From Octopus vulgaris (taxonomy: Eukaryota), in contig OX597833.1 of assembly GCA_951406725.2 (NCBI GenBank), positions 54,188,001-54,252,000 on the forward strand: a stretch of DNA of 64,000 nt, given 5' to 3'. A model generated the notes under the pieces. That model saw nothing but the letters and a program-made list of their open reading frames with translations, did not search any database and was not told where the DNA came from. Positions within the stretch are counted from its first letter, which is position 1. Each line of letters opens with the position of its first letter. The position numbers were made by a program, and so were the translations under genes. Of this stretch, positions 39,774 through 53,700 are shown one piece after another.

Positions 39774-40138
39774 CAGGGTGATTCAAAAGTCTACATACAT
39801 AAGAAATTTCTTTTTTTTTTATAAGAGACAATTTATAAGATCCCCTAGACCCCCAGATCTGGTCCCTCTTGATGTCTATTTTGGGGTGGCATTTGAAAGG
39901 CACGGTGTATCACAGAAAGATAAAAGATCTAAATCATTTGAAGGAATGCATCACAAACTCATTTGCACAAGTACCACCAGATGTGTTATTATGAGTTCAC
40001 AATCAGTGGGGTAAACGTATTGCAATGTGTATTCAAAACAATGGTAACCATATAGAGCCTGTTAAAAAAAAAAAAAACTGTTCTTATAAACTGTTTCTTA
40101 TAAAAAGATAAATTGTTCCTATGTATGGTGACTTTTGA
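39774..40138 (+). mobile_element. Tc1/mariner-superfamily MITE with ~65-bp TIRs enclosing a transposase C-terminus
   Basis: TA|CAGGGTGATTCAAAAGTC...TTTATAAGA and TCTTATAAA...GACTTTTGA; right tip lost at a SINE junction. Confidence 0.8.
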
Positions 40139-40203
40139 CCAAAGCCTTGTGAGTGGATTTGGTAGATGGAAACTGAAAGAAGCCTGTCGTATATATGTAT
40201 ATG

Positions 40204-40240
<37 letters not shown>

Positions 40241-40443
40241 CTGTGTTTGTCCTCCCAACATCGCTTGACAACTGATGCTGGTGTAATTATGTCCCTGTAA
40301 CTTAGCGGTTCGGCACAAGATAGAATAAGTACTAGGCTTACAAAGAATAAGTCCTGGGGTCAATTTTCTCAACTAAAGGCAGTGCTCTAACATGGCCACA
40401 GTCAAATGACTGAAACAAGTAAAAGAGTAAAAGAGTAAAGAGT
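40137..40443 (+). mobile_element. SINE family A, 5'-truncated
   Basis: Starts at GACCAAAGCCTTGTGAG. Confidence 0.88.
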
Positions 40444-40453
40444 GTATATATAT

Positions 40454-40485
<32 letters not shown>

Positions 40486-40506
40486 CACATATTTATATAT
40501 ATATAT

Positions 40507-40540
<34 letters not shown>

Positions 40541-40541
40541 T

Positions 40542-40616
<75 letters not shown>

Positions 40617-41694
40617 ATATATATATATATGCTTCCGTACAGTTTCCTTCAACTGAATTCACTTGCAAAACATTAGTCATCTGGAGCTATAGTGAAACAC
40701 ATTCTTTCCCAAGGTGCCATGCGGCAGGATTGAATCCCAAACCACTTTACTATCGTAAAGCGAACTTCTTTATGAAACAGCTTCAATATTTTACATTTAC
40801 GACTTCGCTATTGTGCATCAGCTATACTTCCAGTGTCAATTGCATTCATTTAAGTTATGTAATAAAAACAAGGGTACTGGGGGTACCGTAATCTATAAAC
40901 ATATTCTCTACCTTGCTTCAATAGCTACTTTCTGATATAAAGCTTTTAGTTCCATATAATCAATGCTATATACTATATAGAATTTTCAAAAGCACTGGAA
41001 ATAATCAAATCTAATGCCTTTTCTTGCAAATATATAAATAATGTCTTTTGGTTATTTTTTGAGTTTATTTTGGTTTCATGTAGAAATGTTCATGATAATT
41101 TGTAAATCGATATGAACTGGAAAAATTGGGATAATATTCCATGTTGCTTTTGGTTATAGCCACATGTTGTTCATATTAAAATGTATGTAATTATACCTCT
41201 TATCATACATGGCAATATGTAACACACATGAATACATGTTGTTATGCATAATATTTTACTACATGTTATACATGTTAATACATGTTATACATGTAGGTAT
41301 CAAATTTTGACACAAGGCCAGCACAAGTTTTTGAGGAAGGAGATAAGTTGATTACATTGACCCTGGAACTTATTTTATCGACCCCAAAAGGATGAAAGGC
41401 AAAGTTGCCCTCTGTGTAATTTGAACCCAGAACATAAAGACAGATGAAAAGCCACCGAGCATTTTCCCGGTGTCCTAATGATTGTGCCTTAAATGCATGT
41501 CATACGTGTTAAAATATGTTATATGCATTAATACATGTTATACATGTTATTATACATGCTATCATACATGTTATACATGTTACTCTACATGTAGCTTATT
41601 GTCAGGTTGCCTGTTAGCTCTTCTCATAGCAAGTAACTTAGTTCACAGAATCATCATCATCATCATCATCATCATCATTATCATTATCATCATC

Positions 41695-42510
41695 ATCGTT
41701 TAATGTCTGCTTTCCATGCTGGCATGGGTTTGACGGTTTGACTGAGGACTGGTGAGCCAGAAGGCTGCACCAGGTTCCAATCTGATCTGGCAGAGTTTCT
41801 ACAGCTGGATGCCCTTCCTAATACCAACCACTCTGAGAATGCAGTGGGTGCTTTTACATGACACTGGTACGAGGGCCAGTCATGCAGTTCTGGTGTTTTT
41901 TACGTGCTACCTGCATGGGCGCCAGTCCGGCAGCACTGGCAACAACCACACTTGAATCTTGTTTTTCATGTGCCAGTAGGGCAACTCTGGCAATGATCAC
42001 ACTTGAATGGTGCTTTTCCCATGCTACCAGCACAAGAGCCAATCAATAGCCTTGGCAATGATCATGCTTGGATGAGCTTCTAACGTTCCACTGGCACGAG
42101 TGCTAATCAGGCGGTACTGCCATTGGTGGCGAGCTGGCAGAAACGTTAGCACACTGGGCGAAATGCTTAGCGGTATTTCGTCTGCGTTACGTTGTGAGTT
42201 CAAATTCCGCCGAGGTCGACTTTGCCTTTCATCCTTTCGGGGTCGATAAATTAAGTACCAGTTACGCACTGGGGTCGATGTAATCGACTTAATACCTATG
42301 TCTGTCCTTGTTTGTCCCCTCTGTGTTTAGCCCCTTGTGGGTAATAAAGAAATAGGTACTGCTATTGGCCACATCAGAGATTTTGATTTGTTTTCATTTA
42401 CCTCAATAGGTCTTCGCAAGTAAAGTTCATTGTCCAATGAATGAGGGGTACTCATTAGTGGGCTGGTTACACCCCACGTTTGGATGAGCTTTTAATGTTC
42501 CATTGGCACG
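41695..42510 (-). mobile_element. RTE-tail element with internal ~60-bp repeats, interrupted by a Meta SINE (42126-42356, +)
   Basis: (CAT)n tail, CCATGCTGGCATGG, GGATGCCCTTCCTAA; GGTACTGC.ATTGG duplicated around the SINE. Confidence 0.75.
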
Positions 42511-42540
42511 AGTACAAATATATATGTATATATATGTATA

Positions 42541-42845
42541 TGGAGGCGCAATGGCCCAGTGGTTAGGGCAGCGGACTCGCGGTCGTAGGATCGGAGTTTC
42601 GATTCCCAGACCGGGCGTTGTGTGTGTTTATTGAGCGAAAACACCTAAAAGCTCCACGATGCTCCGGTAGGGGGTGGTGATCCCTGCTGTACTCCTTCAC
42701 CACTCTTTCTTTCACTTTTTCTTCTGTTGGCCTGCTCACTTAGCCAGTGGGGTGGCGTCATTCGAAGGCTAGAACAATGCGAACGCATTGTGACCAGCGA
42801 TGTGTAGCAACATCTGATGGTCTGGTCAGTCATGTGGTCACGTGA
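42541..42845 (+). mobile_element. tRNA(Arg)-derived SINE
   Basis: A box TGGCCCAGTGG, TCG anticodon-like loop, B box GTTTCGATTCC; third type of 3' body. Confidence 0.85.
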
Positions 42846-43549
42846 TATATGTATATATGACAGGCTTCTTTCAGTTTCCACCAACCAAATCCATTCACAA
42901 GACTTTGGTCAGCTTGAGGCTAAAGTAGAAGACACATGCCCAAGGTGCCACGCAGTGGGACTGAACCTGGAACTATACAGTTGGAAAGCAAGCTTTTTAC
43001 CACACAGCCATGCTGGCACCTATATATGTACTAATCTGAACCAAGTGCCAGAAATACATAGAAATCTTCAGAAAGACCTTACACCAGTGATGTACAATAT
43101 TTATAAAGCTCTTAAAAAATTGTACTTTCATTAATAGGAGAAATATGAATGAAAGGGAAAGGCATTACAATAATTAGAATTAAGTGCTCAGCCTCATTGG
43201 ATTGTAGAAGCTTTTGCACTTAATATCCTGGTTTTAGGGTTCGGCTTGTTTTTAACATCTTTACATGCTATAACCAGTCAGTCGAGCAACTGCATGTCAG
43301 ACATTGTCTATAGCATTAAGCCATTGCTTGAAGGTTCCGTGGCTTTTCAATGTGCTACGAATTGTTCCATTGCAAACATCATTGAATTCTTGGATTCGAC
43401 TTCTGCTTCGTCAATTCGTTTCTCCTGCCACGATCATGGCTGAGGTTGTCTTTGTTGTGGTTGCTGTTGCTGTTGTTGTTGTTGTTGTTGCTGTTGTTGT
43501 TGTTGTCTTCTTATGTATGCGTCAGATATTGTGTTATACAGAACTTTAT

Positions 43550-43644
43550 ATATTTTTATATATAATTATGTATATGTATGTATATATATGTATATGTATG
43601 TGTGTATATATATATATATACATGCATATATATGTATTATGTAG

Positions 43645-43680
<36 letters not shown>

Positions 43681-43806
43681 GATGGATAGATATATGTATA
43701 TAATGTATCGCTCTCTCATACATACATACATAGACACACACACACACACATATATATATATACATACATACATATGTATATATGTGTACATATATATATA
43801 TGTATG

Positions 43807-43856
<50 letters not shown>

Positions 43857-43972
43857 TATATATGTATAGATATGTATATATATATATGCATATATATATA
43901 TAGATGCACATATATATATACATATATATATATATGTATGTATATATATTTATATATGTATACATATATATG

Positions 43973-44013
<41 letters not shown>

Positions 44014-44112
44014 ATATATGTGTGTGTGTATGTATGTGTGCGTATACATACATATATATATAAGTATACATACACACATACACACACACGCATGCACATA
44101 TACACACATACA

Positions 44113-44148
<36 letters not shown>

Positions 44149-44462
44149 TGCAGCTCAATATAGAAGTTCATATCTGAAATTTGTTCTTACCAAGTTAGAG
44201 AGGAACACAATTGAATTACTTTCCTTCAGAATTGTCTGTTACTGGAAAAAAAAAAAAACTGTAGGTACAACATCTCTTCCACCTCCCCCTGCCTCTCAAT
44301 CATTCTCTCTTTGCCTCTCTCTCTCCTTTACCTTTATTCTTTCTCCTCTTTCCAATTCTTGCCTAATGTCTCTCACTCTCTCCCTCTCTCTCTCTTTCTC
44401 TCTGTCTTATTTCATGAGTCTTTCTGCTTCTTACATAATCTCTATTTTTCACCCCTTGTCTC

Positions 44463-44494
<32 letters not shown>

Positions 44495-44870
44495 TTTTCT
44501 TTCTTTCCTTTCTTTTTTATTTCTTTCTTTCCTTCTTTTTTCCTTTCTTTCTTTCTCTCTCTCTCTCTCTCTCTCTTGCTATTCTTCTTGCACCCACAAC
44601 ACACATACGCACATATACACACACACATGCATACACATACACGCCTATACACGCACTCATGCTTTCCTTTGATACTTGAATATACTCTCTCTCTTTCTTT
44701 CTCTCTCTCTCTCTCCTTCAATTTTTCGGTTTCTCTCTCTGCTTCTTTCACACACGTACACACATATACACACACTCTCTCACTCTCTCTCTCTCTCACA
44801 CACACAAACATACACACACACTCTTTTATTACACAATTTTGCTTCTTGCACTCTCTCTCTTTCTCTCTCA

Positions 44871-44901
<31 letters not shown>

Positions 44902-45390
44902 TCACTCTCTCTCTTTCTCTCTCACTCTCTCTCTTTCTCTCTCACTCTCTCTCTTTCTCTTTCTCTTTCACTCTCTCTCTTTCTCTCTCACTCTCTCTCT
45001 TTCTCTCTCACTCTCTCTCTTTCTCTTTCTCTTTCACTCTCTCTCTTTCTCTCTCACTGTCTCTCTTTCTCTCCCACTCACTCTCTTTCTCTCTCTCCCC
45101 TTTCAGTATTTCTCTCTCTCTGCTTCTTTCACACACACAGACACACACACACACACAGACACATACACACACACCTACAACACATGAACACACAGACTCT
45201 CTTTCCCTCCTTTTTCTTTTTTTGCTTTTGCACTCTCTCACTCCATCCCACTCTCTCCCACTCTCTCACTCTCCGTCGCTCACTCTCCTTCGTTCACTCC
45301 CCTCACTCACTCTCCCTCGTTCGCTCTCCCTCATTCCCTCTCCCTCTCTTTCGCTCTCCCTCTCTCTCACCCTCCCTCTCTCCATCAACA
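43550..45390. repeat. compound TA/CA then CT/CTTT low-complexity tract
   Basis: Direct runs; source of the 427-aa and other S/L/Y/I ORFs. Confidence 0.95.
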
Positions 45391-45402
45391 TTTCATCTCC
45401 AG

Positions 45403-45605
45403 TCTCATGAGAGTCGTTTCCGTTCCTTTCCTCCGCAATTTTCGATGATGCTCAGTGCATTGAGAAATCTATTTTGTGATACGAGTGTGATGGAATTAAA
45501 GCAACAGAATGGTGTCGTCGGATGCCATCTGATGTCAAATCTAATAAAGTGACAGTAAGTGTAGGAGCTTCAGGAACACAAGAGTCAGAACTGGAATGTC
45601 AGCAG
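45403..45605 (+). other. putative exon after a long CT tract (possible start MPSDVKSNKVT...)
   Basis: TTTCATCTCCAG acceptor; CpG-retaining unique sequence; donors ACA|GTAAGT (45554) or CAG|GTCTAA (45605); ATG at 45522. Confidence 0.25.
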
Positions 45606-45891
45606 GTCTAATTTCCTTAATATTAATTTAATCTTGCAACTATTTAATTAAATCATTTAAGTACTTTCATATACACACTTTAGAATATGTCTGCTGTGTG
45701 CGTATGTATGTGTGAGTGTGTGTGTGTGTGTGCGAGTGTGTGTGTATGTGAGTGAGTGTGTATGGGAGTGAGTGGGTGAGGAGGTGTCTGAAGATTGCTT
45801 GAGTATATATTTGAATATAATATATATATATACATATATATACATACATTAAATGTAAAAAACACATATATAGGACTAACGCATAGATGTG

Positions 45892-45936
<45 letters not shown>

Positions 45937-45999
45937 CACATATATATATATAACACATATTCATATGAACATATACATATGTACTTGTGGGTATATATG

Positions 46000-46042
<43 letters not shown>

Positions 46043-46051
46043 TTATATATA

Positions 46052-46085
<34 letters not shown>

Positions 46086-46180
46086 CATACATACATACAT
46101 GCATATATTTAGATGGGTAATGATAGGAAGAGCCGACATCAACGGAGCAAAAACATGTATATGTATATATATATGTGTGC

Positions 46181-46259
<79 letters not shown>

Positions 46260-46412
46260 CATTTGTCTGTCTGTCTGTCTGTCTCTGTCTAAGTTTGTAC
46301 CTCTCTCTCCATCCTCCTCACTCTCACTTTATATGTCTACATTTATGGTGCCATGATTGACCACTAGCTCCAAAAGACTTTTTATTCTCTCTCTGTTTAT
46401 TTCCTCGTGTTC

Positions 46413-46448
46413 CTTCCTGTTGAAGAGCACAGGCTTGAAACGTAAAAG
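46413..46448 (+). ncRNA. hammerhead-like motif, CUGUUGA core variant
   Basis: CTTC-CTGTTGA-A-GAGC-ACAG-GCTT-GAAAC-GTA-AAAG inside a ~155-bp repeat (46376-46530). Confidence 0.45.
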
Positions 46449-46643
46449 ATTTTCTCACCTTCCTGAGTGTTAAACTAATACACCTGTTTGTTGTTTATAC
46501 ACCTGTCTTCATCTTTTCTTTTTCTGTAAATGTCAGCTATCATCATCCTCATTATCATCATCATGTGTTGGACGGTTTGACTGAGGACATGCAAGGAGCC
46601 CTTTTTTGACCCATTCATTATAAAATTACACATACATGCATAC

Positions 46644-46780
46644 ATAGTGAATATAAGGGGGACATAATCCAAGCTCTGTCCTCGAGAAACACATCTGTTG
46701 AATCTTTGTCTGAAGAATTATGGAGAGTAGATTGTGTATATAACTCTTTAAGAAGTTTCTTCTTGAAAGTTGCAGTCATG
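46644..46780 (-). CDS. putative exon (MTATFKKKLLKELYTQSTLHNSSDKDSTDVFLEDRAWIMSPLYSL)
   Basis: Minus strand TTTCATTTTCCAG acceptor, TAT|GTATGC donor, 137 nt open, non-repetitive peptide. Confidence 0.35.
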
Positions 46781-47163
46781 CTGGAAAATGAAACACACAT
46801 AACATGGAATTGGAAATATACCAAATTTTTCCCCATCTTCTTGTTTGATGCATGAATATATATATATGTATATATACATATATATACATATATATATATA
46901 TGCACATACATATATACACATACATACATATATACATATATACATACATACATAGCAGAAACAAAAGAGACGGTAAATGGAATATATGGCAAACTTTATT
47001 GATCATAATGACCATTTCGATGCATCCTGCATCGCTCCCTTGTGAGTGGGGAACTATACAATTAATTTCGGTGCATCCCATGGTGCAGAATCATCTCATC
47101 AGGTGATGTAATGATGTGTCTCATTATATAAGTAATGTTTCGTCCATTCAGATAGACTAAAGC

Positions 47164-47208
<45 letters not shown>

Positions 47209-47248
47209 ATATATATATATGTTATATATATATACATATATGTATGTG

Positions 47249-47295
<47 letters not shown>

Positions 47296-47327
47296 TAAAT
47301 AGATTGATAAATAGCTAGCTAGCTAGC

Positions 47328-47363
<36 letters not shown>

Positions 47364-47799
47364 CAGATAGATAGATAGATATGTTTCTTTATTAGCCACA
47401 CAGATAACGATGCAAATAAATATGCTTGGGCTTGATGTATAAAATATACATACAATAATATACACATGTAAACATGTATATCGGAATATATATATAGAGA
47501 GAAACAAAAATTGAAACTGTTCAGAAGATGAACACTCATATATAAGCATTTAGATATTTATATATTTACTGAACAAAAAAGTCAGAAAACTATGGGGAGA
47601 AAGCATGGTAGTTCAGGTCCAACACCTGTTTCTGGTGGTAGGATTCATTTTATATTGCTCCTGTCCACTCAGCTGGCAAAAATGAGTCACTCTGTGACAG
47701 ACCAGCATCCTGTCCAGGTGAGTAATTTATGTGCCATGAAACGCGGAAACCAGCTTTTATGAGTCAGGACGACTTAAGAAGATAACTTTACATGTTGTG

Positions 47800-48360
47800 A
47801 TGGTAGAAGCACATGGCCTAGTGGTTAGAGCAGTGGACTCGCAGTCAAGGGATCATGGGTTCGAATCTCAGACCGGGTGATGTGTGTGTTTATGAGTGAA
47901 ACACCTAAGCTCCACGCGGCTCTGGCAGAAGGTAATGGTGAACTTCTGCTGACTCTTTTGCCACAACTTTCTCTCACTCTTTCCTCCTGCATCTTGCAGC
48001 TCACCTGTGACGGACCGGCGTCTCGTCCAGGTGGGGAACCTATATGCCAAGGAAACAGGGAAACTGGTGCTTATGAGCCAGAGATAGCTCGAGAAGGAAC
48101 AAAACAACCTGTTGTGATGGCATGTAGCTTAGTGGTTAGGGTGTTGGATTCATGATTGTAAGATTGTGGTTTCAATTCCTGGACTGGGAGATTGTTGTGT
48201 TCTTGAGCAAAACACTTCATTTCACATTGCGCCAGTCCACTGAGCTGACAAAAATGAGTAACCCTATGATGGACCGGCGTCCTCTCCAGGTGGAGAATCT
48301 ATTCGCAATGGAAACCAGGAAACCGGCCCTTATGAGTCGGCATGATGCAAGAAGGTAACT
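47800..48360 (+). mobile_element. two adjacent tRNA-derived SINEs
   Basis: Heads TGGCCTAGTGGTTAGAG...GGTTCGAATCTC and TAGCTTAGTGGTTAGGG...GTTTCAATTCC; shared GGACCGGCGT..CCAGGTGG body. Confidence 0.8.
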
Positions 48361-48668
48361 TCACCTTTACCTTCAAAAGACATTTTAAAAATGGTCAAGT
48401 GACTTTTGAGCCAACCTGTATTTTAACCATTTTTTTTTTTTTTAAATAATCCTTCTCTTATGGCGTGGCAAGTAGCCATCAGCGAAATGTATTTTAGATG
48501 TAGATTTATTGAACTGGATTATGATTGAGTGAGGATATATCATCATCTCGGAATGTTGATTTCTGTTTGGACTTTATTGAAACAGATTATGATTAATTAC
48601 AGATGCACTGATCTCTCTACATCTCATGTTCCATCATCATAATCCTCCTCCTCCTCATCATCATCATT

Positions 48669-48725
<57 letters not shown>

Positions 48726-49139
48726 GTCGTCGTCGTCGTTGCCGCCATCATCATCATCATCATCATCATCATCGTCGTTGCCGTTGCCGCCATCGTCGTC
48801 ATCATCATCATCATCATCACCATTGTTTTCTACTTTTCCAGGCTTGCATGCATAAGATGGAGTTTTACTCAGGCAAATTTTCTACAACCAGATGTCCTAC
48901 CCTCTTTGTTGCCTAAATAAAGAAATAGACACCCCCCCTTAAAACATTCCTTGGGATCAGGGGAGTTGCTTGTTTGATTTTCGTTGTCCTTACACCAACG
49001 GTCTAAGAGGAGTTAACGAACAAAAACATAATGGACAGAGAAACCTCGCTCAAATTTATAATATGATATAATATAAGGATCATGGGATGGCTCCTTGAAA
49101 GTTCCCCTCTGAACCATAAGTCGGGGCAAGGTTATTTGT

Positions 49140-49595
49140 GAAAGACCAACTGTTGCCCGTGCATACCAGCCTCCCCTCTCCCCACCACCGATGTTGTCCA
49201 AGGGAAACACAAAGGCCGATACAGCTTGGCACCAGTGATGTTGCAATTCATTTGCCAGGATCCCTGGACTGGTGGTACGTAAAAAGCACCATCCGAATCG
49301 TGGTCGATGCCAGCGCTGCCTCGACTGGCTTCCGTGCAGGTGGCACGTAAAATGCACCAACCCGACCGTGGCCATTGCCAGCCTCGCCTGGCACCTGTGC
49401 GGGTGGCACGTAAAAAGAACCCACTACACTCATGGAGTGGTTGGCGTTAGGAAGGGCATCCAGCTGAAGAAACATTGCCAGATAAGACTGGAGCCTGGTG
49501 CAGCCTTCTGGCTTCCCAGATCCCCAGTCGAACCGTCCAACCCATGCTAGCATGGAGAACGGACGTTAAACGATGATGATGATGATGATGATGAG
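49140..49595 (+). mobile_element. RTE-tail element with ~60-bp internal repeats and (GAT)n tail
   Basis: GGCACGTAAAA repeats; GGCGTTAGGAAGGGCATCCAGC; CCATGCTAGCATGG. Confidence 0.82.
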
Positions 49596-49664
49596 ATGAG
49601 TGAACTGGAACAATATGAAATACAGTGTCTTGCTCAAGAACACAACAAACAGTCCAGTCCTGGA

Positions 49665-49898
49665 AATGTATTTCTTTACTGCCCACAAGGGGCTACACAC
49701 AGAGGGGACAAACAAGGACAGACAAATGGATTAAGTCGATTATATCTACCCCAGTGAGTAACTGGTACTTAATTTATCGACCCCGAAAGGATGAAAGGCA
49801 AAGTCGACCTCGGCGGAATTTGAACTCAGAATGTAGCGGCAGACGAAATACCGCTAAGCATTTCGCCCGGCTTGCTAACGTTTCTGCCAGCTCGCTGC
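49665..49898 (-). mobile_element. Meta-domain SINE nested in another SINE
   Basis: Full reverse-complement copy. Confidence 0.88.
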
Positions 49899-49971
49899 CT
49901 AAATGAACTCCCAACCCCACAACTGTAAATCTGATACTCTAAACACTGAGCCATGCGCCTTCACTATATTA

Positions 49972-50363
49972 TCTCTCTATATGTAAAGATGAAGCTGTCT
50001 GTGTATGGCAGGTTTGGTAACCTTCAACTAACACTATTTCCTCCGAGACCCTGCGGTGCAAGTTGACCAAAATTAAGAGTATGATAGAAGAAGGCTTGCT
50101 CTTCCTTCCATAGAAGAAAAAATTCAAATCAGACCATGTTAACACCAAAAATTATTTACATCAAAAATGTGCTTTTTTTCTATGAAAATCCCTATTTTTT
50201 ACGATTGTTTGACTGCTGTGTCGTCTTTTTACGGTGTATTTTAACCAGAAAAATGTTCACTTAAAGAGAATAACAAGCTACATAATGCAAAATTTTTACT
50301 TTTCGAAAATTCCAATTCTAATGGGTCGAAACAAACCTGAACAATGCTGGGCGATACTGCTAG
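49972..50363 (+). mobile_element. non-autonomous Helitron
   Basis: A|TC start; 3' subterminal degenerate hairpin CCTGAACAATGCTGGG then CTAG|T; no TSD. Confidence 0.7.
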
Positions 50364-50710
50364 TAATATATAAGATTAAAATTTTAAATCTGAATCTTAA
50401 ATTTAAAATTCAAATTCAAGACCAGGTTCATAAAGGTGGGTATTCATTTGTAGGCTTCTAGCATGATCTTGTTGAAATTTTTCTCATGCACTTACTAATA
50501 TTGTTATTAACAATCACTCAATGCATGTTTTATTTCGCTGTGGAATCACTCGTAATTTTATCAAACCTGACATTGCTTTAGTTTAAGTTTAGTTTAGTCA
50601 TTAAACCATTTGGGTGCAATGATGCGATGTGATTAACGTGGATTAATCCCTAAATTATTGGAATATGCAAAGTTGAAATTTGATACACTGAGAGGCAGAG
50701 CTTGTTGAAA

Positions 50711-50746
<36 letters not shown>

Positions 50747-50884
50747 TTAAAGCAGTGTGAAAATGCAAGTGATGAAACAAGCCTCTAATTATAAACTCTA
50801 TGGTTCATGTGGGATAGCTAGAAAAATCAGGTGATTCAGTGAAAGAAGAGAGTAACGCTAAGTCTTACATATTCCTTCTCCCTT

Positions 50885-51290
50885 GCTCTTTTACTTGTTT
50901 CAGTCATTCGACAGTGGCCATCCTGGAGCACCGCCTTTAGTCGAGCAAATTGACCCCAGGATTTATTCTTTGTAAGCCTAGTACTTATTCTATCGGTCTC
51001 TTTTGCCGAACTGCTAATGTTTCGGGGACATAAACACACCAGCATCGGTTGTCAAGCGAAGTTGGAGGGACAAACACAGACACACAAACACGTAGACTCA
51101 CATACATTTTTATATATACATATATACGACGGGCTTCTTTCAGTTTCCGTCTACCAAATCCACTCACAAGGCTTTGATCAGCCCGAGGCTATAGTAGAAG
51201 ACACTTGCCCAAGGTGCCACATAGTAGGACTGAACCCGGAACCATGTGGTTGGTAAGCAAGCTACTTAACTCACAACCACTCCTACGTGT
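50885..51290 (-). mobile_element. SINE family A
   Basis: Full reverse-complement copy. Confidence 0.9.
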
Positions 51291-51352
51291 ACATACCTTT
51301 AAAATATATTTATTTAATTTTAAAAAATTTATGTTGCAATTGGTCGACAAAA

Positions 51353-51524
51353 CACTAGCATGGCTAGTGTGTGTGCCACCCAGGGCAGCCCTTCAGTTTG
51401 CTCCCCTCAGGCCCCCACAAAAAACAGATATTGCTGACAGCAAACCCAAAAGTGGTGCCACCCCTCCATAAAAGCACTGCATGGGGTGGACTATCCCCTC
51501 CACTCCCCCCTAGCTATGCTAGTG
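51353..51524. mobile_element. hAT-like MITE (172 bp)
   Basis: 15-bp TIRs CACTAGCATGGCTAG / CTAGCTATGCTAGTG (1 mismatch), GC-rich GTGCCACCC subterminal motifs; TSD not clear. Confidence 0.65.
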
Positions 51525-51699
51525 TAATAAAGTATCCGAAGAGCTAGCCACTGGTTCACCACATTTTTGACTGCAACAGTGACAAAAAAAAAAAAAAGCG
51601 TGTCTGTGCAACTCAGTGCTGAACAAACATCAATAGGGACTTCATTAAAAAAAAAAGTACAGTATTTTTGTTTTTGGTTTTCTTGCTAATGCTTACAAA

Positions 51700-52902
51700 G
51701 ATAAACAGACATATTTGATGAAAATGGTTTTATAGTATCGATTCTGAATGATCACAAGTAGTAGACACATGATGTAATGATTGACAGTTTGTCTGTCTCA
51801 GAAGAATCTACAATTTTTTTGCAGTAGAAGCATCTGCTTCCCTACAGCACTGCTAAATGCAATCACACAAATTCACTGTATAACATCCACATGATGAAGA
51901 AATAGCAAGAGAATTTTTCAGTATTTGATATCCTTTGTACTCCCTTGTAAATAGTTGCTTGCTATATTAGTACCATTGTTGGATCCTTGACCACTGAAAT
52001 CTTCCAAGAGAATGCTATTTTTCTTCAAGGTTTCTTTAGATCAGGTTTGCAATCACAGAACCTGCATTCTCACAACAGTCTTCAAAAGATAGATATGTCA
52101 CTTTAATCTTCTAACTCACCAATTTATTCTTTAAAGGAAACGTATGATAAATGTTGCCTGTTTAACATGTGAAGAATCAGGTGTGGCATCAACTGTCGTT
52201 GAATAGTATTTTGTCTTTGATCTTCCAGAGAGTAAGTCTTTGAAAACGAGATCAGAGCAAACAGAAATAAATTCATTTTGTGATTCAACTGACAAATAAT
52301 ATACTGGCAACTTTAACCTTTCTCTCGACTTTCTCTGACCTTCCTGACATGGATTTCAAATAAGGGAGCCCAAAGGAATTTACCATTGTGAACACAGCCA
52401 ATCAGAAGAGTGCTATCATAAAATTCTGGTTCCCTTCCACCCAAAAATAAGATGATGTCAGTTAGACAGTGGAAAATATTAATCCACTCAACTTCCTCTG
52501 TTATAATAATTTTTTTATGCAGAAAATGTTTTATGCAATTATTTTAAATGATTCCTTCGCTTGAATCAATTGTTGCATAACTCAATTTATGCTGGTTTTT
52601 AGATAGACTTATCCATTTTTCTGTGAGAGTTCATCCATTTTCTGTCATCAAAGGCAATACATTAACTCCAACTTTTCTAAAGAGTCTGCATAGCAAAAAA
52701 AAAATTTTTTTTTAATATATATATATATATAGGCGCAGGAGTGGCTGTGTGGTAAGTAGCTTGCTAACCAACCACATGGTTCCGGGTTCAGTCCCACTGC
52801 ATGGCATCTTGGGCAAGTGTCTTCTGCTATAGCCCTGGGCCGACCAATGCCTTGTGAGTGGATTTGGTAGACGGAAACTGAAAGAAACCTGTCGTATGTA
52901 TG

Positions 52903-52933
<31 letters not shown>

Positions 52934-53700
52934 TTGTGTGTCTGTGTTTGTCCCCCTAGCATTGCTTGACAACCGATGCTGGTGTGTTTAGGTCCCCGTC
53001 ACTTAGCGGTTCGGCAAAAAGAGACCGATAGAATAAGTACTAAAAGGTGGTGCTCCAGCATGGCCGCAGTCAAATGACTGAAACAAGTAAAAGAGTAAAA
53101 GAGTATATGTATATAAATGGCGGTGCCCCAGCATGGCCACAGCTCGTGAGCTGAAACTAGATAGAATAAAAAAAAAAAATAAATGTATACGGTACTTTTG
53201 TTGACATTCTAAACAAGCTGATTTCTCAAAGACACTCCATTGCTGTGATACCTGTGATACCTGTATTTAAAAATTCAAACTAGAAAAGATTACCATTCGC
53301 AATTACTCGGGAAATCTTTTGTGGGGGAAGAGAATATATCCTTCATAAATACGTTTTTCAATGATTTCTACACTTCTTCGAATTAATATTCCAATATGAA
53401 ATCTACCAGGCATGTCTCGGTTTTAAGCGTCTGATCTTCTCCTCATCTTCAGAAGCAATCCTTTGAGCACTGTAGGTGGTTTATGATTAACGGTTTCACT
53501 CAGAGATTTTGATGAAGTCGTTTTGTTTATGATTTGTTCTTGAGATAGGTTCTGCATCTGGTGATGGATATTCATCACTTAACTTTCTAGTAATGATGTT
53601 TTTCTTTTGAATTCTTGTTCATTTTTCGTTTTTCCTGTCACTTCACTTTTTTTGCACTCCAGACTTCTGCTTTTTGCATTGCACTGATATGATGGAACCA
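51700..53700 (-). pseudogene. hAT transposase fossil (ZMYM1-like/DUF4371 type), interrupted by a SINE
   Basis: Minus strand KKQKSGVQ; WINIFHCLTDIILFLGGRE..HNGN; ESQNEFISVCS...YYSTTVDATPDSSHVKQATFIIRF; DFSGQGSNNGTNIA; SSCGCYTVNL; many stops and frameshifts. Confidence 0.85.
52730..53105 (+). mobile_element. SINE family A inserted in the hAT fossil
   Basis: Full head, internal deletion, tail. Confidence 0.9.

Noticed and set aside
42541-42620. tRNA-Arg(TCG)-like sequence
   Set aside because: No complete acceptor stem; continues into a SINE body and is repeated in the window
43246-43443. 65-aa non-repetitive ORF in CpG-retaining sequence
   Set aside because: No splice signals or recognisable motif; other frames closed
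43904-45410. 427-aa and 244-aa ORFs
   Set aside because: TA and CT low-complexity tracts
47055-47110. Minus-strand CTGATGA...GAAA-TTAA-TT hammerhead-like string
   Set aside because: Stems I and II do not pair convincingly; likely chance
51345-51532. 8-bp TSD for the 172-bp MITE
   Set aside because: Flanks CGACAAAA vs TAATAAAG match only 4/8; not claimed
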